From positions 1,155,896 to 1,219,895 of the forward strand of contig WGMB01000003.1 of NCBI GenBank assembly GCA_016125275.1: DNA of 64,000 nucleotides. The letters run 5' to 3'. The translations under genes were made by a program, and so were the position numbers. Below are positions 19,396-28,933 of the stretch, piece after piece. Origin of the DNA: Acidobacteriota bacterium. GTDB taxonomy: Bacteria > Acidobacteriota > Terriglobia > Bryobacterales > UBA6623. The stretch's first letter is position 1. Every line of letters begins with the position of its first letter. Under the pieces are notes generated by a model. The model worked only from the letters and a program-made list of their open reading frames with translations. It did not search any database and was not told the origin of the DNA.

Positions 19396-19893
19396 CTAGG
19401 TGGCCGGCCCCATCAGCGCCGTGATGTCCTCGACCACGCGCTCGGCTTCCTTGTGCAACGCCTTCGGTTCCGGATCGACCTCGCCCATGTAGGTCGACCA
19501 GATCACCCGCCGGGTCTTCACGTCCACCAGGAAGAGAGTGCCTTGCGGACGCCCCTGCGGGCGGTTCTTGGGCCGCGCGAGCTGGAACCGGCCTTCGATG
19601 CTCTCCTTCGACTTGACGTCCTTGTCGTCCTCGTCCTTCGCCGGCTTCTGTTCCGGAAACAGCTCTTCCAGAGCGGCCAGGAAGGTGGCGTCGATGCGCT
19701 CGGTCATCATCGAGGAGGCGCGCTTGGGATCGACAGTCACGCTCAAGGCGTCGGCGCCGTTGACGGCCTCGGCCAAGTACTGGTCAAAGGCGTGCTGCAT
19801 CGGCCAGAAGTAGACCGGCTGGGCGTCGCGCAACTGCGCCTGCCCGAGCGGAACGGCCAGCAGCGCCAAGGCCGTGAGAACGACTCTCGTCAT
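19396..19893 (-). CDS. secreted hypothetical protein
   Basis: Signal peptide MTRVVLTALALLAVPLGQAQ. No recognisable domain. ATG start. Confidence 0.45.
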   Translation of the reverse strand: MTRVVLTALALLAVPLGQAQLRDAQPVYFWPMQHAFDQYLAEAVNGADALSVTVDPKRASSMMTERIDATFLAALEELFPEQKPAKDEDDKDVKSKESIEGRFQLARPKNRPQGRPQGTLFLVDVKTRRVIWSTYMGEVDPEPKALHKEAERVVEDITALMGPAT

Positions 19894-19938
19894 GAGCGGT
19901 ATTGTAGCGGCTTCCCTCTGGTAGGCTGGTCAACAGCC

Positions 19939-20421
19939 GTGTTCGAAGCTCCCAAACAGGTCGAAAAGAGCGGATTCTCGCCCACCGTACTGGCCGTGAT
20001 CGCCGTCGTGGCGCTCATCGGCGGGACCGTCGGCTACCTGCTCTACCAGCGCGGCCCGGCGGAGGCTCCCCAGCCCACGCTCACCGAAGAAGCCCGTTCC
20101 TATCTGCCCAACCTGGCCCTCAGCGACGACACCGGCATGGCCGCCAAGGAGGACGCTCTCGGCCAGACCCTGCTCGAGATCACCGGCGCCATCACCAACA
20201 ACGGCGACCGCGCCTGCCGCTCCGTGGAGGTCAACGTCGTCTTCTTCGACCCAAACGGCATCGAGACCGACCGCCAGCGGTCGCTGATCGTCAACCCCCG
20301 CCAAGGGCCGCTCCAGCCGGCCGAGACCCGCCAGTTCCGTATGGCCTTCGACAACATCTCTCCGGCCTGGAATCAGGCCTTCCCGTCGCTGTTCATCTCG
20401 CAGATCGACTTCGCGGATTAG
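19939..20421 (+). CDS. membrane-anchored hypothetical protein (N-terminal TM helix, ~100-aa C-terminal domain)
   Basis: In-frame GTG 19939 lies 45 bp from the divergent gene start. TM segment PTVLAVIAVVALIGGTVGYLLY. The track ORF extends upstream into the opposite gene. Start is uncertain. Confidence 0.4.
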   Translation: MFEAPKQVEKSGFSPTVLAVIAVVALIGGTVGYLLYQRGPAEAPQPTLTEEARSYLPNLALSDDTGMAAKEDALGQTLLEITGAITNNGDRACRSVEVNVVFFDPNGIETDRQRSLIVNPRQGPLQPAETRQFRMAFDNISPAWNQAFPSLFISQIDFAD

Positions 20422-20782
20422 CCCGCTGACACCCTGGTTCTCCGATCGGATACGGAAGTACCGACGTACTTGTTTGCAAAGTACTGGAGTTTTCGGAAAA
20501 ACCGTCGGTCTTCCCAGTGGCCGTGGGCGTCGTTTCGCGCGATCCTACAGTCGCTGATGCGGACGACCCCGACCCAAGCGATCTCTCTCCCGCTGCCGGG
20601 ACCATCCGCTTCGCTGACTTCTCTCTCTTCGTTGGTCCTCTCTCCAGCCGCGACGACCGGGCGGCGGGTTTGCTCCTTCCCGGAGGAGCCGCCGCTCGTC
20701 GTCGTGTTCTGAAGCCGGTCGCGGGTCCAGCCGGCGTGTGACCGCCCGGAAGCCGCAGATCGAAGCGCTACAATCCGGGGTG

Positions 20783-23779
20783 ATGCGCCCCGCCGCCGCC
20801 ATCGCCTGCCTCGTCGCCCTCTCCTTGTTCGGTTTCGCCTGTACCAAGTATCCGCCCCCGGCCGAGGGTTTCCTGGCCGCAGACGGTCTCGAAGTCAGCC
20901 TCTGGGCCGCCGAGCCCGATGTCGTCAATCCCACCAACATGGCGATCGACGAGCGCGGCCGGATCTGGGTGACCGAGGCCGTCAACTACCGCCGCAAGCT
21001 CAAGGAGCAAGACGATCTGGTCGCCGACGGAGATCAGATTGTGATCCTCGAAGACACCGATCGCGACGGAAGAGCCGACTCCCGCAAGGTCTTCGACCAG
21101 CGGCCGGAGCTGCGCGCGCCGCTCGGCATCGCCGTGCTGGGCGATAAGGTCTACGTCTCGCAATCGCCGGACCTGATCGTCTACACCAAGGACGAGCAGG
21201 ACAACATCGTCGACCGCAAAGTGCTGCTCACCGGCTTTGGCGGTTTCGACCACGACCACGGCCTGCATGTGGTCACCTTCGGCGCCGACGGGCGGCTGTA
21301 CTTCAACATGGGCGACCGGACGTTCGACGTCACCGGCCCGGACGGCGCGCACGTCGTCAGCTCCTCGCAGGGCCCCTACATGGCCGGCGCCGTCCTGCGT
21401 ATGAATCAAGACGGCACGGGCTTGGAGATCTACGCGGACAACTTCCGCAACCCGTACGAGCTGGCCATGGATTCGTTCGGCACGATCTGGCAGACCGACA
21501 ATGACGACGACGGCAACCAGTGGACCCGCCTGAACTACGTGATGGTAGGCGGGGACTTCGGCTACTGGGGACCGACCGGCGTCGGTTGGCGCACCGACCA
21601 CGGCACGCACTTTCACCACGAGTTGCCCGGCGTCGTGCCGGACATCGCCCGCACCGGCGCCGGTTCGCCCACCGGCCTGCTGGTCTATGAGGGCAACCTG
21701 CTGCCGGAGCGCTATCGCGGCAACCTCATCCACTCCGAGCCCGGCAAGCGTCACATCTACTCGTTCTTCCTGTCGCCCGACGGCGCGGGCTACCGAATGA
21801 AGGACGAGGCGACCGTCTCGGCGGACGATCCGAACTGGCGACCCAGCGACGTGGCCGCAGCGCCCGACGGCGCTGTCTACACGACCGACTGGTACGACCC
21901 GGTCGTGGGCGGCCACAACATGAAGGATTCCGAGAAGGGCCGCATCTACCGCATCGCCCCGCCCCGCTATAGCGCCCCCAAACCGAAGCTCGACCTGGAA
22001 TCCAAGGACGGCTTGCTGGCCGCTCTACGCTCGCCCAACGAGTCAACCCGCTACCGCGCCTGGATGGAGCTGAAGTTGCGCGGCGAAGAAGCCCTGCCCT
22101 GGCTCGAGAGCCTTTGGGCCGGCTCCGACGCGGTGGGGCAGGCCCGCGCCCTGTGGCTACTGGCCGCCATCGGGGGCGCCGAGCGCCCGGAGATCGACGC
22201 AGCCCTCGCTCACAGCGACCCGCGATTCCGCATCCTGGGCCTACGCGTGGCGCGTTTGGCCGGACGCGATGTGGTGGAGACCGTCAACAGCCTGCTCGAC
22301 GACGCCGACGCCGGAGTGCTGCGGGAGTGCGCTTTGGCGCTGCGCACCGTCCAGGACCCGGCCGCCGTGGACGCCCTGGTGAAGCTGGCGAAGCGCTATG
22401 ACGGCGAGGACCGCTGGTATCTCGAGGCCTGGGCCATCGGGGCGCAGGGCGGCGGCAAGCGCGACGCCGTGGTGGCCGCCCTGCAGACAGCCTTCCCCGG
22501 CGAGGCCTTCGACCCCAAGCTCGCAGACCTGCTGTGGGAGCTCCACGCCGCGGACCTGCCGAAGATGACCCGCGCCGTCGCCGATCCGAATCTGCCGAGC
22601 GAGCAGCGCCTCAAAGCCCTCCGCGCGATCGGCGACCGGGCGGAGCCCGCCGCGACCAAGGATCTGGCCGACTTGGTCGGCTCGACGACGCCGGAGGTTT
22701 CCGAGGAAGCCTTCCACCTGCTCAGCCGGCAGCTCTTCAGCCTCTGGATCGACCGCCGCGACAATGCGGCCGTCGTCGGAGCCGTCCGCAGAGCGCTGGG
22801 ATCGCAGCGCCTCCAAGCCGCCGCGCTCGATCTGACCGAGGACCTCGGCGACCCGCGCTACGCCAAGGAGCTGACGGCGATCGCGCGCGACGAAAAAGCC
22901 GACGCCGACAATCGCGCCCTCGCGCTCCAAGCCCTGGGCCAAACCCAGAGCGCCGCCGCCGTACCGCTGCTCGAACAAATGGCGGCGTCCGGCGAGACGG
23001 GTTTGCGCGTAGCCGCCATCCGAGGGCTCCAGGCGGCGCGCCGGAACAACCTTGACGAGACCCTGGGGAAGCTCCTGCTGGCTGAAAACCCTCCGGAAGT
23101 GCGCAATGAAGCCCTGCGCGCACTGGCCCGTCACGATGCCGGCCTCGGCCGCATCCTCGACTTGGCCGAGGCCGGCGACCTGCCCGCGGAGGTGCGCACC
23201 ACCGCCACCAACCTGGCGCACCGCTCCCGATCGCCGGAGATCCTGGCCCGCGCCGAACGCGTGCTACCCGCTCCCAAGGACAAGGCCGACAACACCCTGC
23301 CGGCCAACCCCTACGCCATCGCCAACCGCGTCGGCGACATCGAGAAGGGCCGGGCAGTCTTTACCTCCACCACCGGGCCCAAGTGCTCCAACTGCCACTC
23401 CCTCGACCCCAAGAAGGAGCTCGCCGGGCCGACGCTGGCGACCATCGGCTCCAAGTACGACAAGCGCGGCCTGCTCGACGCCATCCTCAACCCTTCGGCC
23501 GGCATCGCCCCGGAATACTACGTCTACATACTCGACACGACCTCGCAGGGCCTGGTCGTCGGCGTGATCTCCGAAGAAACCCCGGACCGCGTCGTCGTCC
23601 GCAACGAGTTCGGCGACGAGGTCCGCCTGGACCCCCAGGAGATCGTCGACCGCCGCAAGTCGAACCTTTCGATGATGCCCGAAGACATCGTCAACACCAT
23701 GACCGAGCAGGAGCTGATCGACCTGCTGGAGTTCCTGTCGAGCCTGCACGCGCCCGGCGAGGAGGCCTCGCAAGATTAG
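20783..23779 (+). CDS. PVC-type heme-binding protein: lipoprotein with dehydrogenase-like beta-propeller, HEAT repeats and C-terminal cytochrome c (CxxCH)
   Basis: Lipoprotein-like signal MRPAAAIACLVALSLFGFAC. N-terminal domain resembles soluble glucose/sorbosone dehydrogenase propellers. Long HEAT-repeat middle. C-terminal CSNCH heme motif. TACAAT 8 nt before the ATG. Paralog of 51125..54196. Confidence 0.8.
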   Translation: MRPAAAIACLVALSLFGFACTKYPPPAEGFLAADGLEVSLWAAEPDVVNPTNMAIDERGRIWVTEAVNYRRKLKEQDDLVADGDQIVILEDTDRDGRADSRKVFDQRPELRAPLGIAVLGDKVYVSQSPDLIVYTKDEQDNIVDRKVLLTGFGGFDHDHGLHVVTFGADGRLYFNMGDRTFDVTGPDGAHVVSSSQGPYMAGAVLRMNQDGTGLEIYADNFRNPYELAMDSFGTIWQTDNDDDGNQWTRLNYVMVGGDFGYWGPTGVGWRTDHGTHFHHELPGVVPDIARTGAGSPTGLLVYEGNLLPERYRGNLIHSEPGKRHIYSFFLSPDGAGYRMKDEATVSADDPNWRPSDVAAAPDGAVYTTDWYDPVVGGHNMKDSEKGRIYRIAPPRYSAPKPKLDLESKDGLLAALRSPNESTRYRAWMELKLRGEEALPWLESLWAGSDAVGQARALWLLAAIGGAERPEIDAALAHSDPRFRILGLRVARLAGRDVVETVNSLLDDADAGVLRECALALRTVQDPAAVDALVKLAKRYDGEDRWYLEAWAIGAQGGGKRDAVVAALQTAFPGEAFDPKLADLLWELHAADLPKMTRAVADPNLPSEQRLKALRAIGDRAEPAATKDLADLVGSTTPEVSEEAFHLLSRQLFSLWIDRRDNAAVVGAVRRALGSQRLQAAALDLTEDLGDPRYAKELTAIARDEKADADNRALALQALGQTQSAAAVPLLEQMAASGETGLRVAAIRGLQAARRNNLDETLGKLLLAENPPEVRNEALRALARHDAGLGRILDLAEAGDLPAEVRTTATNLAHRSRSPEILARAERVLPAPKDKADNTLPANPYAIANRVGDIEKGRAVFTSTTGPKCSNCHSLDPKKELAGPTLATIGSKYDKRGLLDAILNPSAGIAPEYYVYILDTTSQGLVVGVISEETPDRVVVRNEFGDEVRLDPQEIVDRRKSNLSMMPEDIVNTMTEQELIDLLEFLSSLHAPGEEASQD

Positions 23780-23834
23780 CCGGGCATCGCAGTCCGATGT
23801 CGCGCAATCCGCCCGCGACCTGCTGCGGCAGGCC

Positions 23835-25151
23835 GTGGTGGAGCTCGACGGACGGCCTGTCGGGCTGCTGGCGTCGCTCGACCAGGACGCCCCTCGGCTC
23901 AACTACGACCGGATCTTCCTGCGCGACTTCGCCGTCGCCTCGATCCCTTTGCTGATCGAGGGCGAAACGGAGATTGTCCGCAACTTCCTGCTCGCCTGCG
24001 TGGAGATGCAGAGCCGCGAAGAGCCGTTCGACTGCTTCCGGCCGGGCAAGGGGCTGATGCCGGCGAGCTTTCGACCGGTCGACGACGGCTCAAGGCTCGA
24101 CGCCGACTACGGCGAGGATTCCATCGCGCGCGTCACGCCGGTCGATTCGGTCTTTTGGTGGATGCTCGTGTTGCGGGCCTACGTGAAGAAGACCGGCGAC
24201 AAGGAGCTCGCGGCCCGGGACGACGTACGCGAGGCGATGCGGCTGATCGTGGAGTTGGCGCTGACGGCTCGCTTCGAGATGTACCCGACGCTGTTGACGC
24301 CGGACGGCTCGTTCATGATCGACCGCCGCATGGGCGTCTACGGACATCCGCTCGAAGTCCAGGCGCTGTTCTTCGCCGCGCTGCGGGCGGCGCACGAGCT
24401 AATGCCGGCCGACGAGCCACATCAGAAGCACGTCGGCAAGCGCGTGCAGCACTTGGTCTATCACCTGCGCCAGTACTACTGGGTGGACCCGGGCCGCTTG
24501 GAGGCTCTCCGGAAAGGCAAGGTGGACCAATACGGCGAGCAGGACGGCAACATCTTCAACATCTACCCCGACGCCATCCCGACGTGGGCGGGAGGCTGGG
24601 TCTGCGACGGCGCGGGCTACTTCGCCGGCAACGTAGGGCCGGGCCGCCTCGACTACCGCTTCTTCAGCCACGGCAACCTGCTGGCCGCGCTGTTCGGGCT
24701 GGCGTCGGACGAGCAGACCCAAGCCATCGCGCGGCTGTTCGAGATTCGCCGGGACGACCTGCTGGCCTGCATGCCGCTCAAGCTCGTCTACCCCGCCTTC
24801 GAGGACAGGGACTGGCAGATCGAGACCGGCTCGGACCCCAAGAACCGTCCATGGCGCTACCACAACGGCGGCTCCTGGCCTTTTCTGTTGCTGCCTTGGA
24901 CGGCCGCCTGCCTGCGCGCCGGACGGGCGGACCTGGCCGCCGAAGCCGTCGAGCAGGCCGGCCCACACCTCGCCGCCGACGACTGGCCGGAGTTCTACCA
25001 GGGCGTGGACGGCGGTGCGGTGGGCGAGCAGGCCCGCCGACGGCAAATCTGGAGCGCGGCGGGCTGGCTCGGCGCCAACTTGCTGCTGGAGAACCCCTCC
25101 GAGGCCGAAGCCTTCTCCTGGCCCGCCGACATCGAGCCCAAACCCTGCTAA
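23835..25151 (+). CDS. GH100-like alkaline/neutral invertase homolog (six-hairpin glycosidase)
   Basis: YHNGGSWPFLL motif and the overall A/N-invertase pattern. The conserved N-terminal block (…RDLLRQAVVELDGRPVGLLASLD) extends upstream of GTG 23835 with no canonical start codon, so the true start is uncertain. Confidence 0.6.
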   Translation: MVELDGRPVGLLASLDQDAPRLNYDRIFLRDFAVASIPLLIEGETEIVRNFLLACVEMQSREEPFDCFRPGKGLMPASFRPVDDGSRLDADYGEDSIARVTPVDSVFWWMLVLRAYVKKTGDKELAARDDVREAMRLIVELALTARFEMYPTLLTPDGSFMIDRRMGVYGHPLEVQALFFAALRAAHELMPADEPHQKHVGKRVQHLVYHLRQYYWVDPGRLEALRKGKVDQYGEQDGNIFNIYPDAIPTWAGGWVCDGAGYFAGNVGPGRLDYRFFSHGNLLAALFGLASDEQTQAIARLFEIRRDDLLACMPLKLVYPAFEDRDWQIETGSDPKNRPWRYHNGGSWPFLLLPWTAACLRAGRADLAAEAVEQAGPHLAADDWPEFYQGVDGGAVGEQARRRQIWSAAGWLGANLLLENPSEAEAFSWPADIEPKPC

Positions 25152-25160
25152 CCTCTCCCG

Positions 25161-26198
25161 ATGAGGCTATCGATTCTCCTCGCGCTGGCCGCGGCGTCTC
25201 TCGCCTCGGCCGAGACCCACGAGGTCTACCCCACCACCCATTCGCCGGTCTTCACCACCCAGCGCGAGCCGCTGGCCGTGGTGCGCTCCGGCGACACCAT
25301 CGTCACCCGCACCTGGGACTCCGGCGGCAAGGACGAGAAGAACGTCTGGCACATCGAACATCCCTACAAGTACCCCGAACACGGCAACCCGCTCACCGGC
25401 CCCTTCGTGGTCGAGGGCGCCCAGTACGGCGACACGCTCGAAGTACGCATCGACAAGGTCGAGCTCAACCGCGACAACGGCTACACCTCGTTCAAGGTCT
25501 CCTCGGGCGTCTTCCTGCCCGGTGAAGATCGCGGCGAGTTGGAATACGGCTTTGAAGCCGTGCGCCCGGCCAACTCGACCCTGCTGCCGTGGGAGCTCGA
25601 CGCCAAGACCGGGAAGATCCGGCCGAAGCTCAAGCCCGAGCACTCCTCCGGTTTCAAGATCGAGTTCGACGCCGAGCCCATGCTCGGCTGCATCGGCGTC
25701 GCCCCGCCCTCCGGCGAGGTGCGCACGTCCGGCCCGTCGGCCGAGTACGGCGGCAACATGGACTACAACGACATCGTCACCGGAGCCACCGTCCTGCTGC
25801 CGGTCTTCAACGACGGAGCCTACCTCTACGTCGGCGATGCGCACGCCAAGCAAGGCGACGGCGAGGGCTGGGGCAGCGGCGTGGAGACCTCCGCCAATGT
25901 CCGCATGACGGTGAAGCTCCACAAGGGTAAGCGGCTCTCGATTCCGCGGCTCATCAACGACGACTATCTGGTCTCGATCGCCAGCCAGGCGGAGTTCAGC
26001 AGTTCGATGGACATCGGGCTGCGCCGTGCGAATTCCGACATGCTGCATTGGCTGACCGGCGAGTGCGGTCTGACCCAGCCCGAAGCGCACGCGCTGCTGG
26101 GAGCCGTCGTCGAGCACAAGATCGTCACCTACTACGGCTCCATCGCGACCCTCATCCCCAAGAAACACGTCCCTGCGCGCTGCCATACTTTTGAGTGA
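25161..26198 (+). CDS. acetamidase/formamidase-family protein, secreted
   Basis: Signal peptide. GNPLTGPFVVEGAQYGDTL and GGNMDYNDI…GDAHAKQGDGE fit the FmdA/AmdA family. Start lies 10 nt after the GH100 stop. Confidence 0.75.
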   Translation: MRLSILLALAAASLASAETHEVYPTTHSPVFTTQREPLAVVRSGDTIVTRTWDSGGKDEKNVWHIEHPYKYPEHGNPLTGPFVVEGAQYGDTLEVRIDKVELNRDNGYTSFKVSSGVFLPGEDRGELEYGFEAVRPANSTLLPWELDAKTGKIRPKLKPEHSSGFKIEFDAEPMLGCIGVAPPSGEVRTSGPSAEYGGNMDYNDIVTGATVLLPVFNDGAYLYVGDAHAKQGDGEGWGSGVETSANVRMTVKLHKGKRLSIPRLINDDYLVSIASQAEFSSSMDIGLRRANSDMLHWLTGECGLTQPEAHALLGAVVEHKIVTYYGSIATLIPKKHVPARCHTFE

Positions 26199-26241
26199 GA
26201 CTGTTTCGCTTCCCGACCTGAATCCCGACCCGAGACCGACC

Positions 26242-27411
26242 ATGCGCCACTTCGTTCTGCTCCTCGCCCTCTGCCCCGCCCTGCTCGCCCAACGTCCAGC
26301 CCTGCATGACAAGGCTTTTGTGATGGACGGCCACGTCCACGTGATGACTCGCGAGCTACTCACTGGGGTCGATTTCGGCGCCCGCAAGACGGACGGGCAC
26401 GTGGACCTGCCCCGCATGATCGAAGGCGGCCTCGACGCCGTCTTCTTCTCGGTCTACACGCCGGAACCCTACTACCCCTCCCGACACGAAGTCAAAAACA
26501 CCCTGCGGGTGCTGTCCAAGGCGCGCGATGAGATCGACCGTAACAGCGACAGCATCGAGCTCGCCCTAACCGCCTCGGACATCGAGCGCATCAACAAGGC
26601 CGGCAAGGTCGCGGCGTTTCTCGACTTGGAAGGCTCCTTCGACATGGAGGGAGACCTGGACGTGCTGCGCGGCTTCTACCGGCTAGGTCTGCGGTCGATG
26701 CAGCTCACCGCCCACAACGTCACCAGCGATACCGTGGACTCCTGCTGCGACATCCATCGCCACGACGGCGTCAGCGAGGTCGGCAAGAAACTCATCGCCG
26801 AGATGAACCGGCTCGGCATGGTCATCAACGTCGCGCACGCTTCCAACGACACCATTCTGCAGACCGTGGCGCTGAGCAAGGACCCCGTGCTCTACACCCA
26901 CGGCGGCTTTCGACACGTCATTGACATCCCTCGCCTCATTAGCGACGAGGCCGCCAAGGCCATCGCGGCCAAGGGCGGCGTGATCGGCCTGCAGTTCGGC
27001 AACACCTTCAACAACCCCAAGTACTACAAGTGGAAGGGTGGCAAGCCGCCGGTGGCCGACATTTCCACTCGACTCGGCGGCTACGCCAACAAGTCCATCA
27101 AGGAGATCGACGCCGGCGTCGCCAAGGGCCTGCCGTTCGTCTACAAGGGTGAGATCCCGGACGAGTACCGCATGACAACGGCCGGCTTCGCCAAGGTCAT
27201 CGACTACGGCGTGAGGCTGGTGGGCGAAGACCACATCGCACTGGGCTCGGACTTCGACGGCGGACCGCCGCTGCCGCAAGGCATGGAAGACATCAGCGAT
27301 TACCCGGAGATGACCAAGGCCATGATCGAGCTGGGCTACAGTGAGTCCCGCATCCGCAAGATCCTCGGCCTCAATCTGCTGCGGGTCATCCGCGAAGTCA
27401 CGGAAAAATAA
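26242..27411 (+). CDS. membrane dipeptidase (peptidase M19, renal dipeptidase family), secreted
   Basis: Signal peptide MRHFVLLLALCPALLAQ. VMDGHVH… and family-wide pattern through …LGSDFDGG…. Confidence 0.8.
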   Translation: MRHFVLLLALCPALLAQRPALHDKAFVMDGHVHVMTRELLTGVDFGARKTDGHVDLPRMIEGGLDAVFFSVYTPEPYYPSRHEVKNTLRVLSKARDEIDRNSDSIELALTASDIERINKAGKVAAFLDLEGSFDMEGDLDVLRGFYRLGLRSMQLTAHNVTSDTVDSCCDIHRHDGVSEVGKKLIAEMNRLGMVINVAHASNDTILQTVALSKDPVLYTHGGFRHVIDIPRLISDEAAKAIAAKGGVIGLQFGNTFNNPKYYKWKGGKPPVADISTRLGGYANKSIKEIDAGVAKGLPFVYKGEIPDEYRMTTAGFAKVIDYGVRLVGEDHIALGSDFDGGPPLPQGMEDISDYPEMTKAMIELGYSESRIRKILGLNLLRVIREVTEK

Positions 27412-27491
27412 GGACCTAAGCGATTGTTTCGATTGCACGAAGCCTGGCCTTCGTGGCAATCTATGACTCTCCGTCCACCACGGAGTACTTG

Positions 27492-28556
27492 ATGCGCCCG
27501 CCCCGCTTGCTTGTCATCGCAGGCCTGTTTGTCGCGTCCCTGCACGCGGCTTCGGCCCGTTTGGCTCTGGTCCGAACCGATCCGGGCGCGCCGTGCGGGC
27601 TCGACGCCCCACAGCTCGAATCCGCCATGGACTGGGCCTTCGAGCGCGGCACGACGGCGCTGGTCGTGGCGCGCGGAGGCTGCATCGCCGCGGAAGGCTA
27701 TGCGACCGGCCTCGACCCTACCCAGCCCGAAGAGATCTACTCGATCACCAAGGCCGTCACGGCCGTTCTAGTCGGGATCGCGCTGCAAGAAGGGGTCATC
27801 GACTCGCTCGACCAGCCTTTGTGGCGCTATTTCCCCGAATGGGAGGCATCCCCGAGGGACCGCGTCGCGCTGCGGCATCTGCTGACGATGACCTCGGGAA
27901 TCGTCGACCCCGGCTCGGCGCTACGGCCCGGGATGGACCCGGTTTGGTACACGCGCATGATGCCGCTCGAAGCCGAGCCCGGTGCGCGCTGGCGGTACAA
28001 CAACTGGGCCTTCCGACTGCTGTTCCCGGTCCTGTCGACGGCCTTCGGCGAGCGCCTGGAGGAGGCGTCGCGCAAGCGGCTGTTCGAACCGCTGGGGATG
28101 TATGGGACAAGCTGGTCGGCTTGGCCGCAGACCGCCGGCGATCCGCCCCTCTACATCCGCTCGACCGCCCGGGATGTGGCCCTTTTGGGGCGCCTACTGC
28201 TCGCCGGCGGGGCCTGGGAAGGGCGAGCGCTGATCTCTCCGGAGTTCTTCCAGCAAGCCGTCGCGCCCTCGCAAGCGTTGAATCCAGCCTACGGCCTACT
28301 GTTTTGGCTCAACCGAGAGGAATCCGGCTACACCCTCGTCAACGGAGCCCAGACATCGCCGGGACGCCTGTTGCCGGCCGCTCCGCCGGACCTCATCGCC
28401 GCCTTCGGGGCCCGCCGCCACAAGCTATTCGTGGCGCCAAGCCAAGACTTGGTGATTGTCCGCTTCGGCGAGGCTGTTGACGGCCTGCCGGAAGCCGGCG
28501 GTCCGGACAGCTTCGACAATCAGCTCTATTCCCGGATCGCCGCGTCGCTGCCCTGA
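27492..28556 (+). CDS. serine hydrolase (beta-lactamase / class C-like family), secreted
   Basis: Signal peptide. SITKAV is the SxxK motif. Length and pattern fit the PBP/beta-lactamase-related esterase family. Confidence 0.75.
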   Translation: MRPPRLLVIAGLFVASLHAASARLALVRTDPGAPCGLDAPQLESAMDWAFERGTTALVVARGGCIAAEGYATGLDPTQPEEIYSITKAVTAVLVGIALQEGVIDSLDQPLWRYFPEWEASPRDRVALRHLLTMTSGIVDPGSALRPGMDPVWYTRMMPLEAEPGARWRYNNWAFRLLFPVLSTAFGERLEEASRKRLFEPLGMYGTSWSAWPQTAGDPPLYIRSTARDVALLGRLLLAGGAWEGRALISPEFFQQAVAPSQALNPAYGLLFWLNREESGYTLVNGAQTSPGRLLPAAPPDLIAAFGARRHKLFVAPSQDLVIVRFGEAVDGLPEAGGPDSFDNQLYSRIAASLP

Positions 28557-28580
28557 GGGGCTGGAGATAGCCCCGCCGCC

Positions 28581-28829
28581 CTACAGCTTCACGCCCGTCA
28601 GCCGCGCCAACTCGTCCAGCCGCGGGTTGCCGTGGTAGGCTCCCTCGATCTCGAACGTCGGCACGCGGCGTTTGCCCTCATTGGCCCGCATCACCAGCGC
28701 CGCCGCTTCGGCGTCGCGCTCGATGTCCACCTCTTCGTAAGCCACGCCCCGGCTCTCCAAAAAGGCCTTGGCCCGAAAACAATCGCCACACCAACGCGTG
28801 GAATACATCCGAATCAAACCTTTGCTCAT
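28581..28829 (-). CDS. glutaredoxin-family protein (mycoredoxin/NrdH-like, CxxC)
   Basis: 82 aa from ATG 28829 with GAGGA Shine-Dalgarno. YSTRWCGDC active site. The track ORF start at 28934 is an upstream extension. Confidence 0.7.
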   Translation of the reverse strand: MSKGLIRMYSTRWCGDCFRAKAFLESRGVAYEEVDIERDAEAAALVMRANEGKRRVPTFEIEGAYHGNPRLDELARLTGVKL

Positions 28830-28933
28830 CCCCATCCTCACGCCTGCCTGGTTCGATGTTTTCACACAGGTCGTTGATGCAACGTATTTTCTCACGGCGA
28901 GCGAAACCCAAGCGACATCGGCTGTGTGAAACA

